Source: an uncultured Flavobacterium sp. (GTDB taxonomy: Bacteria > Bacteroidota > Bacteroidia > Flavobacteriales > Flavobacteriaceae). From it: a DNA stretch of 37,726 nt. Made by a program: the position numbers and the translations under genes. Location: assembly GCA_945957245.1 (NCBI GenBank), contig CAMFLD010000001.1:1-37726 (forward strand), given 5' to 3'. Positions 37,193 through 37,726 of this stretch are shown here, in pieces; positions within the stretch are counted from its first letter, which is position 1, and every line of letters begins with the position of its first letter. Under the pieces are notes generated by a model. The model was not told the DNA's origin and searched no databases. It worked only from the letters and a program-made list of their open reading frames with translations.

Positions 37193-37239
37193 ATAAAAAA
37201 TACAATCATTACATCTTATAAAGGAAATTTCCCGAAACG

Positions 37240-37726
37240 ATGATTTTACACCTTGTTCATGATGAAAAAATCATCAATAGAACTATTGACATCTTTGAGG
37301 AAGTAGCTCCCGGAGCAAATCTTTTTGTTGTCTTTACAAGGCACGAACTCAAATATGTAAAACGTCACAACAACGTAATTACATTTCAGGAGTTTGTAAA
37401 CTATAAAGACAACAAAACGTTTTCTTCGGTAATAATCCATTACCTGAATTCAAGGAAAATTCGTTTTGTCCAAAAGTATGTGAAAACCGACATCCCTGTC
37501 TACTGGATTATCTGGGGTAATGATCTTTATAACAAATTGCTTTATCCTAAAGGCTTTGAATTATGGGATAAACAAAGTTCTTACTATAAAAAACACCACA
37601 AATCCTTTATTGGACAGCTTGTTGAAAAGATAAAAGATCGTTTTAAAACTAAAAAAATAGAATCTTTTGTTGCCAATCGCATTAGTGCTATAGTTACTGA
37701 TACCACTGAAGTCGATTATGATATGC
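37240..37726 (+). CDS. WecF-like (TDP-Fuc4NAc transferase, GT56-like) glycosyltransferase, 3'-truncated by window edge
   Basis: Hand translation MILHLVHDEKIINRTIDIFEEVAPGAN...VIIHYL...PVYWIIWGNDLYN..., open to the window end. WxxWGxDLY is the WecF-type motif. The ORF track misses it because it has no stop in the window. Confidence 0.72.
   Translation, partial: MILHLVHDEKIINRTIDIFEEVAPGANLFVVFTRHELKYVKRHNNVITFQEFVNYKDNKTFSSVIIHYLNSRKIRFVQKYVKTDIPVYWIIWGNDLYNKLLYPKGFELWDKQSSYYKKHHKSFIGQLVEKIKDRFKTKKIESFVANRISAIVTDTTEVDYDM

Noticed and set aside
356-37440. About 35 short alternative-frame or antisense ORFs in the track (e.g. 5095-5439, 20256-20537, 34970-35365, 36022-36534, 37246-37440)
   Set aside because: All lie wholly or mostly within well-supported genes and show no recognisable motifs; they are treated as shadow ORFs.

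Overview
AT-rich chromosomal window, almost certainly from a Flavobacterium (Bacteroidota), judged by TAnnTTTG promoters, A-rich leaders without Shine-Dalgarno sites and T9SS genes. It is mostly core genome: rnc 3' end, a frameshifted IPExxxVDY gene, pyk, a BI-1/YccA protein, dinB, CYTH, rlpA, pgi, a DUF3108-kynA-M23 operon, a T9SS type-B cassette (2814-aa adhesin-like cargo, PorP/SprF, PorE-like OmpA), hflX, gdhA, porZ-recO, a DUF3857 pair, ileS, a DksA-like gene and the start of a WecF-like glycosyltransferase. I found no CRISPR array, tRNA/rRNA, transposase, integrase or prophage. The best leads are: (1) an unannotated ~115-nt minus-strand sRNA whose U-rich core is the complement of a Bacteroidota start region (UUUUCAU); (2) two sigma-54-type promoters, both ahead of peptidoglycan-remodelling genes, one driving the coupled DUF3108/TDO/M23 operon whose peptidase has HxC instead of HxH; (3) a GIHH-type IleRS2; (4) CG-centred operator-like sites at pyk, pgi and gdhA; (5) a modular adhesin with a lamin-tail domain nested inside a SprB-like repeat. 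All family assignments come from recognising motifs by eye, not from database searches.
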